Assembly: GCA_047030735.1 (NCBI GenBank)
Contig: JBKYIE010000003.1
Span: 123,693-187,692 of the forward strand
Source: Ruthenibacterium sp.
GTDB taxonomy: Bacteria > Bacillota > Clostridia > Oscillospirales > Ruminococcaceae
Direction of reading: 5' to 3'
Length of the DNA: 64,000 nucleotides
The notes beneath the pieces are model-generated. The model did no database searches and was not told where the DNA came from. It saw nothing but the letters and a program-made list of their open reading frames with translations. Positions 50,154 through 61,485 of this stretch are shown piece by piece (the first letter of the stretch is position 1; each line of letters starts with the position of its first letter). The position numbers were made by a program, and so were the translations under genes.

Positions 50154-51575
50154 ATGAGTACACGCGAGAATGAACGCAAATCTATTGAAGCGCTGTCTTC
50201 TGGCACATCAGAGGTGAAGAGAACGCTTTCTTTTGGCCGTGCCGTGGGTGTTATGGGAGGCTTGATTATTGGCTCCGGCATTTTCTATACGGGTTCTACG
50301 GTTTTGGATTATTCGCACGGAAATGCAGGCATTTCCATTTTAGCATGGATTTTAGGCGGTCTCATTGTATTAGGTGCGGCTATGTGTCTATCTGAGCTTG
50401 GCAGTATTATGCCAGCTAATGGCGGCACTTATGTTTATTTGACACGAACTTATGGCAAGGCGGCGCCTCTGCTGGGCTTCACTATGGGGTGGTCTGATGC
50501 GTTGATTGGCATTCCGGGCAATGCGGCTATTGCAATGGTGGGTGCTACTTACATTGGTACGTTGTTCGGGGGATTTTCCTCTCTACAAATCTCGTTTTTG
50601 GCTTCTGGTATCTGCATTGTACTGACGCTAGTGAATATGTTGGGAGCAAAAGGTGGTAGTGTACTTTCTACTGTTCTGTTATTTGTAAAGGTAGTCGCTA
50701 TTGTAGGTGTCATCTTGGCCTGCTTTTTTCTGGGAGGTAATACAGGTGATCCTATCACTTTCACCAACACGACAGGAGAAGGTTCTGTCTTAGCGGCACT
50801 GGCGTGTTCTGTGGTAGCCGTGCTGTGGTGCTTTGACGGGTGGAACTCAATCTGCCACATGGGCGGAGAGTTGCAGAATCCGAAGAAGAACCTCTCTCGT
50901 GTAATGATTGTCACTATTTCGGGTATCACTGTGCTGTATCTGCTGTTTAACTTGGCTATTATGCATGTGGTGCCTATTGCAGACATTATCTCATCCGAAA
51001 ACGTTACATTTGATGTGGTAGAGATAATTTTTGGTAAAGGCGCGGCTATCGTAATCACATTGGCTATTATTTGTTCTGTCATCGGCTCTTTGAATAGCTG
51101 TATTCTTGTGTATCCGCGTGAAATTTATGCTATGTCACAAGACCGCCGTTGGTTTGCTCCGTGTGGTAAGCTCAGCAAGAAGAGCGGCCAACCTGTGGTA
51201 GCTAGTCTCTATATTCTGGCGATGATGATTTTTTATTGCTTTGCCACTAGCTTCCAAAACCTTGTGAATATTATTGTTCTATATAACTGGATTTACTTCA
51301 TGCTCGCGGTATTTGGAGTTATTGTGTTACGGAAAAAATACCCCGATTTAGAGCGCCCATATAAAGTACCCGGCTACCCGTTGGTACCTATTTTGGTGTG
51401 TTTGTGTGCATTTGTGATCCTTGTGGTAAACTTTGTGTGGGATCCATCTACTGTAGTGGGCTTTATCATCCCGCTTACCGGTATTCCAGCCTATTACATG
51501 TTCCAAGCATATTATAAAAAGCATGGGGACAAGGCCACGGCGCCCCATACAATGAACGATACAAATCACGACTAA
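50154..51575 (+). CDS. APC-family amino acid permease
   Basis: IIGSGIF, ELGS.MP.NGG.Y, FDGWN, ERPYKVPGYP. Confidence 0.92.
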   Translation: MSTRENERKSIEALSSGTSEVKRTLSFGRAVGVMGGLIIGSGIFYTGSTVLDYSHGNAGISILAWILGGLIVLGAAMCLSELGSIMPANGGTYVYLTRTYGKAAPLLGFTMGWSDALIGIPGNAAIAMVGATYIGTLFGGFSSLQISFLASGICIVLTLVNMLGAKGGSVLSTVLLFVKVVAIVGVILACFFLGGNTGDPITFTNTTGEGSVLAALACSVVAVLWCFDGWNSICHMGGELQNPKKNLSRVMIVTISGITVLYLLFNLAIMHVVPIADIISSENVTFDVVEIIFGKGAAIVITLAIICSVIGSLNSCILVYPREIYAMSQDRRWFAPCGKLSKKSGQPVVASLYILAMMIFYCFATSFQNLVNIIVLYNWIYFMLAVFGVIVLRKKYPDLERPYKVPGYPLVPILVCLCAFVILVVNFVWDPSTVVGFIIPLTGIPAYYMFQAYYKKHGDKATAPHTMNDTNHD

Positions 51576-51588
51576 GAGAGGGATAAAA

Positions 51589-52764
51589 ATGGAATATGTA
51601 AATCGACTGGGGACGCATTCGTTCAAATGGGATGGCTTGAAAAATGAATTTGGAGAAGAGGGACTGCTGGCCATGTGGGTGGCAGACATGGATTTTCCCT
51701 CGCCGGCTTGCGCGGTGGAAGCACTAAAACAATATGTCAGCTATCCGCTGGGTTATTTCAAAACGCCGGAATCCTATTATGATGCTGTAATACAATGGGA
51801 AAAACAACGTCATGGCTATGATGTACAGCGCGAGTGGATTTGTGTGACGCCAGGCATTGTCCCTGCGCTTCACTGGGCGGTGCGTACTTTTACACAGCCC
51901 GGCGACAGCGTCATGATTTCCACACCAGTGTATTATCCGTTTATGAACGCGGTAAATAACAGCGGACAGCGTAAACTGGTCAAATGCGATTTGAAAAAAA
52001 TTGGCACGCATTATGAGATGGATTATGAGCGCTTTGAGAACGATATTGTTGAAAATGCTGTAAAATTGTATATACTCTGTAATCCGCATAATCCGGTTGG
52101 CCGTGTATGGACGGCTGAAGAATTACGTCAGACGTTGGACATTTGTAAACGGCATCATGTAACAGTAATTTCCGATGAGATTCATCAGGACATTGTTGAC
52201 CCGCAGCTCGGGCGAAAAAAGGTAACTGCCGCTACAGTTGGGGATTATAACGACATGCTCATTACAATGGCGTCGGCCAGCAAATCGTTCAATCTTGCGG
52301 CTTGTCAGAACTCATTTATCATTATTCCAAATGAAGAGATGAGAAAAAGCTTTAGTGACTTTTTGGCGAAGATGTCTTTGGACGATGTGAATGGCTTCGG
52401 CCATATTGCGACAGAGGCTGTTTTGAGGCATGGTGAAGCATGGCTGGACGAAGCTCTGAACGTGATTTATGGAAATTATCGGTATTTGAAACAGCGCTTT
52501 GAAGCGGAGTGTCCGAAAGTAAAAATCACAGAGCTGGAAGGAACTTATCTTGTTTGGATGGATTTTGCAGCCTTTTGTTCTACGCAAGATGAAGTGGTGG
52601 ATTTGATTCAGCATAGATGTAAAATCGCCATGGATTACGGTGGATGGTTTGGCAGTACAGAGGGCAATACATTTGCACGCATGAACATTGCAACCTCGCG
52701 AGAAAATGTGAAAGAGGCGTGTGACCGCATCATTAATACATTGAAAGAAGAGAAAAGCAGATGA
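51589..52764 (+). CDS. MalY/PatB-family PLP-dependent C-S lyase
   Basis: [45 protein letters not shown]. Confidence 0.92.
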   Translation: MEYVNRLGTHSFKWDGLKNEFGEEGLLAMWVADMDFPSPACAVEALKQYVSYPLGYFKTPESYYDAVIQWEKQRHGYDVQREWICVTPGIVPALHWAVRTFTQPGDSVMISTPVYYPFMNAVNNSGQRKLVKCDLKKIGTHYEMDYERFENDIVENAVKLYILCNPHNPVGRVWTAEELRQTLDICKRHHVTVISDEIHQDIVDPQLGRKKVTAATVGDYNDMLITMASASKSFNLAACQNSFIIIPNEEMRKSFSDFLAKMSLDDVNGFGHIATEAVLRHGEAWLDEALNVIYGNYRYLKQRFEAECPKVKITELEGTYLVWMDFAAFCSTQDEVVDLIQHRCKIAMDYGGWFGSTEGNTFARMNIATSRENVKEACDRIINTLKEEKSR

Positions 52765-53135
52765 AAATTCAAACTCAAAATGCCCCTGCGGCCATTGGGC
52801 CGTATTCGCAGGCAATACAGGCGGGCGGCACCATTTATGTTTCCGGCCAGCTTCCCATCAACCCGGCTACCGGCGAGTTTGCAGGTGCGGACATCCGTGC
52901 ACAGGCGCGCCAGTCGCTGGAGAATATCAAGGCCATTCTGGCCGCCGCAGGCGCAGACATGGCTCATGTGGTAAAAACCACTGTGTTGCTGCAGGATATG
53001 GCGGATTTTTCCGCCATGAACGAGGTGTATGCCGAATATTTTTCCGAGCCGTACCCGGCCCGCGCCGCGTTTCAGGTGGCAAAGCTTCCTAAGGACGCCT
53101 TGGTGGAAATAGAGGCGGTGGCGGTGACGGGCTGA
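52761..53135 (+). CDS. ridA: RidA-family enamine/imine deaminase
   Basis: [35 protein letters not shown]. Confidence 0.93.
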   Translation: MKIQTQNAPAAIGPYSQAIQAGGTIYVSGQLPINPATGEFAGADIRAQARQSLENIKAILAAAGADMAHVVKTTVLLQDMADFSAMNEVYAEYFSEPYPARAAFQVAKLPKDALVEIEAVAVTG

Positions 53136-53218
53136 GGCCTCCGCGGCTGCCTGGCAGTTATGGATTGCCCAGCATTGGAAAGGCCGGGACGCTGAAAAGC
53201 GCCCCGGCTTTATCGTGC

Positions 53219-53497
53219 CTATAAAAGCCCTTTTGCCTGCAGCATGGAAAGAAATGCCGCATTTGTAAGCTTCTGCGCAAATAATTCACGGAATTTTACG
53301 CTTTTTTCGCGCCCTTCGGCGCGCAGGGTTTCCATCTGCAAGGCAAGGGCCCGCTGCCGGGCCTGCAGCTCTTCGCACAGGTCTTCATACAGGGCCAGCC
53401 GTTCTATGGCTTCACCCTGTGCAAAGCCGCCTGTCATGTGCACACAGGCCGGCGGCGCTTTGGCGCATCCGGCAGTGCGGTGGGTAATTCGCTTCAT
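53219..53497 (-). CDS. Hypothetical coiled-coil protein
   Basis: RBS GGAGG; 'AIERLALYED' and amphipathic helix. Confidence 0.65.
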   Translation of the reverse strand: MKRITHRTAGCAKAPPACVHMTGGFAQGEAIERLALYEDLCEELQARQRALALQMETLRAEGREKSVKFRELFAQKLTNAAFLSMLQAKGLL

Positions 53498-53519
53498 CGG
53501 TTCGCCCTCCTATGCGGAC

Positions 53520-53981
53520 TTACTGCGCCGCCTGCGCAAGCTGCGCCAGCAGCGCACGGCAGCCCGCCTCTATCTGGGTGTAAGCCGTTTCAAAATCCCG
53601 GGTATACCAGGGGTCAGCAATGTCGCCCGGCATATTGGTATAATCCAGCAGGCGGCGGGCCTTGCCCTGCGCGTCTGTGCCGAAACGCCGCCGCATGGCG
53701 TCCACATGACGCTGCTCCATGCCGATAAGCAGGTCGAACGCATGCACGTCTGCTTCGCATATCTGCCGCGCGTACTTGCCCTCGCACGAGATGCCGTGCC
53801 GCGCCAGCATGGCGCGGGCAGGCGGGTATACCGGGTTGCCAAGCTCTTCGGCGCTCAGCGCCGCGCTTTGCACCTCGCAGACCTGTGCCAGGCCTGCCTT
53901 CTGCGCCATTGCGCGAAATACAAATTCCGCCATTGGGCTGCGGCAGATATTGCCGTGGCACACAAAAAGTATTCTGGTCAT
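53520..53981 (-). CDS. Low-molecular-weight protein-tyrosine phosphatase
   Basis: FVCHGNICRSPMAE, IADPWY. Confidence 0.93.
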   Translation of the reverse strand: MTRILFVCHGNICRSPMAEFVFRAMAQKAGLAQVCEVQSAALSAEELGNPVYPPARAMLARHGISCEGKYARQICEADVHAFDLLIGMEQRHVDAMRRRFGTDAQGKARRLLDYTNMPGDIADPWYTRDFETAYTQIEAGCRALLAQLAQAAQ

Positions 53982-54133
53982 ATGCGCCCTCCATCGTCCG
54001 TCTTGGACGTTATTTTCTTTATTATACAGGAAAACCGGGGCTCTGGGCAATGCCGGGCCCGGCCCTGCCTTGCTTTTGCGTTGACGCGCCGGTGTGCAGA
54101 TGATATGATGAGAGCATAAAGGAGGGGTTTTTC

Positions 54134-54490
54134 ATGGTAGAACAGAGAAATGTGGCGCTGTGTGTCATTCTCACCATCGTCACCTGCGGTATTTATGGAA
54201 TTTACTGGCTTATCTGCCTTGTGAACGATTTGAACTATGCAACGGGGGATGTGCAGTCGCCGTCCGGCGGCATGGTGTTCCTGCTGGATATTATCACCTG
54301 TGGCATTTACGGCCTGTACTGGTGCTATAAGGCGGGTGATAAGCTGGACCGTGTAAAGCAGCAGCGCGGTATTCCCAGCAGCAATACAGGTATCCTGTAC
54401 CTGATTTTGAGCCTGATTGGGCTTGATATTGTGGTGTGGGCCCTTGTGCAGAGCGAAGTGAACGGCATGATGGGCGGCGCGGGCATATGA
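54134..54490 (+). CDS. DUF4234-type small membrane protein
   Basis: Duplicated TCGIYG.YW motif. Confidence 0.8.
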   Translation: MVEQRNVALCVILTIVTCGIYGIYWLICLVNDLNYATGDVQSPSGGMVFLLDIITCGIYGLYWCYKAGDKLDRVKQQRGIPSSNTGILYLILSLIGLDIVVWALVQSEVNGMMGGAGI

Positions 54491-54894
54491 AGGCGCTCTG
54501 CGCCAGAAAAAAGCGGCTGGCCGCTGCGGTGGGCCTGATATTGGCGGCAGGGCTGGGGTATGCGGCATGGGTGCGGGCCACCGGGCTGGGCGTGCCATGC
54601 CCGTTTCATGCGCTGACGGGGCTGTACTGCCCGGGCTGCGGCATCACGCGTTGCCTCAGCGCCCTTTTGCAGGGCAGCTGGCAGACGGCCCTGCGCAGCA
54701 ATGCCGCCATAGTGGCGCTGGCGCCCTTTTTTGTCTGGCTGGGCTGGGCGGCGGCGCGCGGCTACCTTGCCAGCGGCAGCGTGCGGCTGACAAAGCGGCA
54801 GAATGTTGCCGTGTACGCGGCCATTGCAGTGCTGGCGGCCTTTGGCGTTGCGCGAAATCTGCCGGCCTTCTGGTTTTTGCGCCCGCCTGCCTGA
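54487..54894 (+). CDS. DUF2752-type membrane protein
   Basis: PCPFHALTGLYCPGCGITR; ARNLP. Confidence 0.85.
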   Translation: MKALCARKKRLAAAVGLILAAGLGYAAWVRATGLGVPCPFHALTGLYCPGCGITRCLSALLQGSWQTALRSNAAIVALAPFFVWLGWAAARGYLASGSVRLTKRQNVAVYAAIAVLAAFGVARNLPAFWFLRPPA

Positions 54895-54959
54895 CGGCTA
54901 TAACAGAAAAGAAAACTGCACCTCTTTGGCCTGAAAACCGGCTGCAGAGGTGCAGTTTT

Positions 54960-55571
54960 TTAGATGCCCTGCGGCGGCGTGCCGGGGCGCAGGGGCTGGC
55001 AGAACAGCCCGTGCTGTGTGCAGTACCAAACCAGAAGCGCGCCTTTGGCGCAGGGCACACGCGCCTGCATGGCCCATTCCGGGTAAAGCTTTTTTATCAG
55101 AAGGGTATCGCCGGTAAGCACTGCCACAAAAGAGATGAAATGTGCTTTCGTCATTTCGTGCCCGCAGGAGATGAAATATTCCCCGTCAGCCTCCGCCACA
55201 GTCAGCCGGTGGCCCGGCCCGGCTTTGGCCATGGCAAGCGGGCTCAGCCGCTTGCCGCAGCAGGAAACGGCGGCCTGCCCCGTGGAGGTGAGCACTGCCC
55301 CGCAGGCGGGGCACACATAAAACCGAAGCTTTTTCATATTGCCTCCTGTATCTTCATTGGGCGCCAGCTCGCCGCGCAGAAGGCTTTCCACCCCGGCGCC
55401 GAGTGTATCAGAGAGCCCGGCCAGCAAAGAGACATCCGGCCCGCCCAGCCCGCGTTCCCACTTTGAAACGGCTTTGTCACTCACATGCAGCTTTTGTGCA
55501 AGCTGCAACTGGGTAAGGCCCTTTTCGCGCCGCAGCATGCGAATCAGACGCCCTGTTTTGGTATAGTCCAT
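54960..55571 (-). CDS. XRE HTH regulator fused to a desulfoferrodoxin-like metal-binding domain
   Basis: LTQLQLAQKLHVSDKAVSKWERG; FYVCPACG..SCCG..HEMTKAHFISF..YCTQHGLF; RBS GGAGG. Confidence 0.85.
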   Translation of the reverse strand: MDYTKTGRLIRMLRREKGLTQLQLAQKLHVSDKAVSKWERGLGGPDVSLLAGLSDTLGAGVESLLRGELAPNEDTGGNMKKLRFYVCPACGAVLTSTGQAAVSCCGKRLSPLAMAKAGPGHRLTVAEADGEYFISCGHEMTKAHFISFVAVLTGDTLLIKKLYPEWAMQARVPCAKGALLVWYCTQHGLFCQPLRPGTPPQGI

Positions 55572-55639
55572 ATTCTCTGCCTCCCAGTTCATTGTATCAG
55601 CGCACGGAAAATGCGCAACCGACGCTTCGTAGAGTCTGG

Positions 55640-56051
55640 CGGCTCTCAGGGCAGGTGGCGGCGTATCCTGTGCAGGCGCTTCAGCAGGAGGGTGAAGAGC
55701 TTGCCTATGCTTTTCGTTGTGCACAAGAAGCTCGTATGCCTCCATTATGCGCAGTGCGTAAAGCAGCATGCTGAGGCCAAGGGCCGCAATGGACAGCGGC
55801 GCAGGCGCGGCAGTATTTTCTGCCGCCCCGTATTCCGGTGCAAGCCCGCAAGCGGCGCCACCCAGAAGCACCAGCGCGAAAAAGCCCGCCGCCATGGCCG
55901 CATATCTTTTCTTCAGACGGGCATACCGCGCCGAAAGCTCCTCCAGAAATGCCTGATCGAACAACAGGGCGTTCTGCTTCAGCGGGCGGTATTCATAGTC
56001 GTGGTCTGTCAGGCAGGTAACAAACATGCTGCCCAGCCCTAGCACTGCCAC
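55640..56051 (-). pseudogene. 5'-truncated fragment of a membrane protein gene
   Basis: Protein-like TM segment with no RBS; happens to be in frame with the downstream gene, which has its own promoter and RBS. Confidence 0.45.
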
Positions 56052-56236
56052 TACTGATTTTTATGGAGTAAAATGAGCCGCGGCGGGCAGCGGAACGGCA
56101 GGATTCGGCCTTTTCGCGTCTCTTTATTGTAGCGCACCGGCTCTGTGCTGCGCAAGCGGCGCCGCATGCAGGCGAAGGAAAAGAGCCCGGCAAGCATGCC
56201 GGGCCCGGAAAACGAACTATGAAACAAGGCAGAGCG

Positions 56237-57598
<1,362 letters not shown>

Positions 57599-58550
57599 TT
57601 ACCCACTTGATTATATCCGCTTTCGCCTGCAAAATCAACGGAAATTTGCGGCCGCAGCGTTTGGCGGTGAAAAGCGGGCTTATGTGCCCAGGCTGGGCTG
57701 GAGGTGCGCATCTGCATGCCATGTTGCAAAGGGGCCAGCCACAAAGACGTGTTGACGTAAGAAAACACCGATTTGAGCGGACGCTTTTGGCGCCTGATGC
57801 ACGCGAAAAACAGCAATCCTGACAGATTGCCGGGCCTTTTTTCGCATACCATTTCTTCAAAACCGCCCGGCCAAAGCTGCGCAGCACCTCTAAAGCGGCA
57901 GTTTTTGATACAGAACAGGGAGGCTTTCCGCAGGTGCCCTTTGTGACTGGCAAGGAACCCGGAAGAAGCTATGCGCAGGCATTGCCGCCCGGAGGCGGTG
58001 ACCCGTTGCGGCAACACGTCTAACAAAGGCTTGCCCTTTTCTGAAGGCGCGCTGCAAAAAAAGATGCCTGTTGAAAATGAGGCCTTCGGGTTCAGAAAGG
58101 CTTTGCGCCTATTTTGGCAGCAGGCTTTTCTGATTTTTACTTTTTGAGGCCTCATCGCTGATATGGAGAAAGAAACACAAAAACACTTTTTCCCGCCGGT
58201 AAAGAATGCACCGCAAGAGAAGGGGTGACTGAGCAGGTGAAGGCTGAAAATTTAATGAAGCAGGTATGGAGAGATCAATAATTTCAAATTTCCGCTTTCC
58301 TATTTGACGCACTTTCTGGCCGCTTTCATAGAGACACCCGTCTCGCAAATATGTGGCTCAGAGACCTGGAAGGCCGCCTGCTGCGGGGCAAGCCGTTTTG
58401 TATTCTGACTGCTATTTAGAGCATCAGATATCTATGCGGCGGCATGCTCTGCAAAAACCGGGACAGCCGTCCAGGTGAGCCTCTGCTCAAGGTGATGTGT
58501 ATGCCAATGTATGCCCGCTTTTGTATACGGCATTTCCAAGCAGGCAGTTA

Positions 58551-58605
58551 TTGACAAAGCATTCATTCAATGATAATATATCAGCGATATATATCGGCGA
58601 TATAT
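58551..58605 (+). promoter_or_regulatory. TetR gene promoter with two overlapping palindromic operators
   Basis: TTGACA-17-TAATAT; ATATATC-N3-GATATAT at 58576-58592 and 58589-58605. Confidence 0.7.
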
Positions 58606-58626
58606 TCGAGAGAGGCTGATTTAAGC

Positions 58627-59244
58627 ATGACGGAGTACACAGACACACAGCGCAAAATCCTGGAAGCAGGAAAACGGGAATTTTTAGAAAAAGGGTTTAA
58701 GGATGCCTCTCTCCGCGGAATTGTCAAGGCAGCAGGGTTTACCCAGGGTGCATTCTATGGGTATTACCCGGACAAGGCCGCTCTCTTTGACGCTTTGGTG
58801 TCTGAAGCTGCAGATACGCTGATAGAGCAGTTCAAGGCGGCTCAACAGGCGCACTATGACCTTATTCCAGAGGAGAAAACAGCACAGAGCCGAGAGCTAT
58901 CGACCGATTATCTGAATTATTTCATCAATTATATTTATGACAATTTTGATGCCTTCAAATTGGTCATCTGCTGTTCGGAAGGAACCCGATACGCCAACTA
59001 TGTTCATGAGCTTGTGGAGCTTGAAGTTTCTCAGACGGAAAATTATTATCAGCAGCTCCGGCAGCTCGGCAAGGTGGAGGGCGCAGTCAGCCGCGACCTG
59101 CATCACATGATCACCAGCGCCTATTTTACGGCTGTTTTTGAAACAGTCGCCCATGATATGACCCGAGAACAGGCGATTGGGTATGTCAATGAACTGGCAG
59201 TCTTTTTCAACTGCGGCTGGAGCGGTCTGTTAAGGCTCAAATGA
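58627..59244 (+). CDS. TetR/AcrR-family regulator
   Basis: ILEAGKREFLEKGF..ASLR.I...AGFTQGAFYGYY.DK..LF. Confidence 0.92.
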   Translation: MTEYTDTQRKILEAGKREFLEKGFKDASLRGIVKAAGFTQGAFYGYYPDKAALFDALVSEAADTLIEQFKAAQQAHYDLIPEEKTAQSRELSTDYLNYFINYIYDNFDAFKLVICCSEGTRYANYVHELVELEVSQTENYYQQLRQLGKVEGAVSRDLHHMITSAYFTAVFETVAHDMTREQAIGYVNELAVFFNCGWSGLLRLK

Positions 59245-59265
59245 GCCTTAACTTTTTACATGAAG

Positions 59266-59281
59266 GTTAGTTAATACTAAC
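59266..59281. promoter_or_regulatory. Palindrome resembling a DtxR/IdeR-type metal box
   Basis: GTTAGT-TAAT-ACTAAC upstream of the ECF operon. Confidence 0.5.
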
Positions 59282-59294
59282 TATCAAAGGGAAG

Positions 59295-59470
59295 GGTTAA
59301 AAGCCTTTTGCTTTTGACGAAGCCGCCGTTTGATTTGAGAATTATGCCGCAGCTTGGCCAGCTTGCAAAAGAATTGGTGAATTCAGGAATGCTTCTGCTT
59401 GCTATTACGCATGACGGTGAATTCCTCCAGATACATGCACCCGGGCTTTTTGCTTGCAGAACAGAGGTAT
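59295..59470 (+). pseudogene. Remnant of an ABC ATPase C-terminus
   Basis: Frameshifted Walker B-like TTTGACGAA (FDE) followed by 'LAKELVNSGMLLLAITHDGEF'. Confidence 0.55.
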
Positions 59471-59573
59471 CACAGAGGTTCAGGCGGGGTGTTTCAATCT
59501 CGCAGCCTGGATAAAAGGATGGGGGCAGAATTCCGAGAACAGGCGCCTGGCTGGAGGCTTGGGGGTGAAATGC

Positions 59574-60194
59574 ATGGGTGACAAAGACGCGGAAAAATGG
59601 CTGAAAAAGAGCAAGCTGGCTTCAGCGTATGAAGCGCTTCCTTCCCCGGAGCTGCGGCAGGCGGTTGTTGTGGAGTATGGGAGGCTGTTAAAAGAAAACG
59701 ATTTGTCTGACCCCATGTTGGCCGTGCATTTCAGAAATGCCATTCTCCCAGCCGTTGCAGTCCACCGCTGCCTGCAGGAGCATGGATATACCCAATCTGC
59801 ATCCCTCATGATAATTCGGACTGCGGTGTTGGCGGCTGCCAAACCCATGGCAGGCTTTTTTCAGAGGATGGGAAGGCTGCCCTTCTTTTTTTCACTCTTC
59901 CGCATCCTTTGCCCAATTTCTACAAAATGCAGCTTTGGCCCGAAAGGGTGGGTGTTTGAATGGAAACGGAATGATGCGTATGCAATCGAATGGGACTGCC
60001 ATGCCTGCCTGTATACAGATATGCTTTGCCGATACAATATGCCGGAGCTGGCGCCTGTCTTCTGTGAAAGTGATGATGTGATGTATGGAAAGATTCCCGG
60101 TATTCGGTGGGGCAGAGATAAAACCATCGGTAGAGGAGACAAGCTGTGCAATTTTTGCTTTTATAACGAGAAAAAAGGAGGCTCTTCAAAATGA
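59574..60194 (+). CDS. L-2-amino-thiazoline-4-carboxylic acid hydrolase-family protein
   Basis: CLY..M...Y.MPELAPVFCESDDVMY...RDKTIGRGDKLCNF. Confidence 0.78.
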   Translation: MGDKDAEKWLKKSKLASAYEALPSPELRQAVVVEYGRLLKENDLSDPMLAVHFRNAILPAVAVHRCLQEHGYTQSASLMIIRTAVLAAAKPMAGFFQRMGRLPFFFSLFRILCPISTKCSFGPKGWVFEWKRNDAYAIEWDCHACLYTDMLCRYNMPELAPVFCESDDVMYGKIPGIRWGRDKTIGRGDKLCNFCFYNEKKGGSSK

Positions 60195-60790
60195 AACAGG
60201 CAAATAAATGGACGGTCAAGGATGTGATCACAACGGTACTGCTGACGGTGCTGCTCATTGTCATCCAGCTGGCCGTCAACATGGTCTGCATGATGAATGA
60301 TTTTGTCAGCATGGTATTGTCGGTGGGTTTCACGATGCTGCTCTGCGCACCGGTTTATTTTCTGATGGTCAGCCGGATTCATAAGCGGTTTGTCTCATTG
60401 ATCTACATGACGATTCTCGGGCTTGTATTTCTGATTATGGGCAACTGGTATCTGCTGCCCTATTACGTGGCGGTCGGCCTCATCTGTGAGGCAATCCTTT
60501 GGAAAAACGGCTGGGAGTCGAAAGGGAAAATGACGGCCGCATGGACCGTCGCGAGCCTTCTGTACAATGGGGTAAATCTTCTGCCTATCTGGTTTTTCTG
60601 GGATGCCTATGAAGCCTTCGCCCTTTCCAGCGGCATGGAACAGAGTTACATTGATTCCTTTGTCCGCTATTATACTTCAGCTGGATGGCTTGCAGTGATC
60701 ATTCTGTTTACGGCTCTCTGCGGCTTCATCGGCAGCATAATTGGCGGCAAATTGATTCACAAGCACTTCAAAAAGGCAGGCGTACTTTGA
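60191..60790 (+). CDS. MptD-family ECF transporter S component
   Basis: W.VKDVIT, about 6 TM helices, HKHFKKAG.L C-terminus. Confidence 0.85.
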   Translation: MKQANKWTVKDVITTVLLTVLLIVIQLAVNMVCMMNDFVSMVLSVGFTMLLCAPVYFLMVSRIHKRFVSLIYMTILGLVFLIMGNWYLLPYYVAVGLICEAILWKNGWESKGKMTAAWTVASLLYNGVNLLPIWFFWDAYEAFALSSGMEQSYIDSFVRYYTSAGWLAVIILFTALCGFIGSIIGGKLIHKHFKKAGVL

Positions 60791-61485
60791 TGCGGCACGT
60801 CCGCCTTGCCGTCCCGGCAAAATTATGGGCACTGCTCTGTGTGACTGTTGGGGTATCTCTGACCTCCAATGCTGTACTAACCTGTACCTTGACCCTTCTT
60901 GGCTTTGTGTATCTGGGGTTTCAGAGAAATTGGCGGCTTCTGCGTTCATTCGGGCTGTTTTATATTCTGTTGGCATTTCTCTTGTATCTGATTCGTTTTC
61001 ATGGATTTCACATGGCGGTATTCTCGGAATTCTATGTGCTGATGTTCTGGAGCCTGTCTCCGGTTTTTATTGTGGCGTGGGACCTGATTGCCACGCCTCC
61101 CGGCGAGCTTGCCGCATTTTTCTCCCGCATGCATACGCCCACATCTGTGATCCTTGGGCTCTTAGTCGTATTCCGCTTTTTCCCTACCATGAGAGACGAA
61201 ATAAAAAGCGTGGTGCGCTCTATGCGCAACCATGGGCTGACGGCGCCCGTGCAGCTTGTATGTCATCCGGCGGTATCCTGTGAATATGTGCTTGTCCCTC
61301 TGCTTTTGCGATGCCTGCAGATTGCCGACCAGCTGGCGGTTTCTGCCGTGGCCAGAGGCGCAGAGTATCCGGGAAAACGGGGCAGCTATCATGAGAAAAG
61401 CCCCGGAGCCCCCGACTGCATCTGGTTTGGTATTTGGACTGCCGCAGCTGCCGTATTTCTCATTGTGGGAGGTGTTCGCATATGA
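60790..61485 (+). CDS. ECF transporter T component
   Basis: VVFRFFPT, EYVLVPLL, ADQLAVSAVARG. Confidence 0.88.
   Translation: MRHVRLAVPAKLWALLCVTVGVSLTSNAVLTCTLTLLGFVYLGFQRNWRLLRSFGLFYILLAFLLYLIRFHGFHMAVFSEFYVLMFWSLSPVFIVAWDLIATPPGELAAFFSRMHTPTSVILGLLVVFRFFPTMRDEIKSVVRSMRNHGLTAPVQLVCHPAVSCEYVLVPLLLRCLQIADQLAVSAVARGAEYPGKRGSYHEKSPGAPDCIWFGIWTAAAAVFLIVGGVRI

Noticed and set aside
54960..56051. Single 363-aa TM-HTH fusion
   Set aside because: An internal promoter-like TTGCGC..TACAAT and RBS GGAGG precede ATG 55571; the upstream part looks like a remnant
57760..57805. Possible att site at the left end of the island
   Set aside because: Only a 5-base TGGCG match to the tRNA 3' end; too short to support
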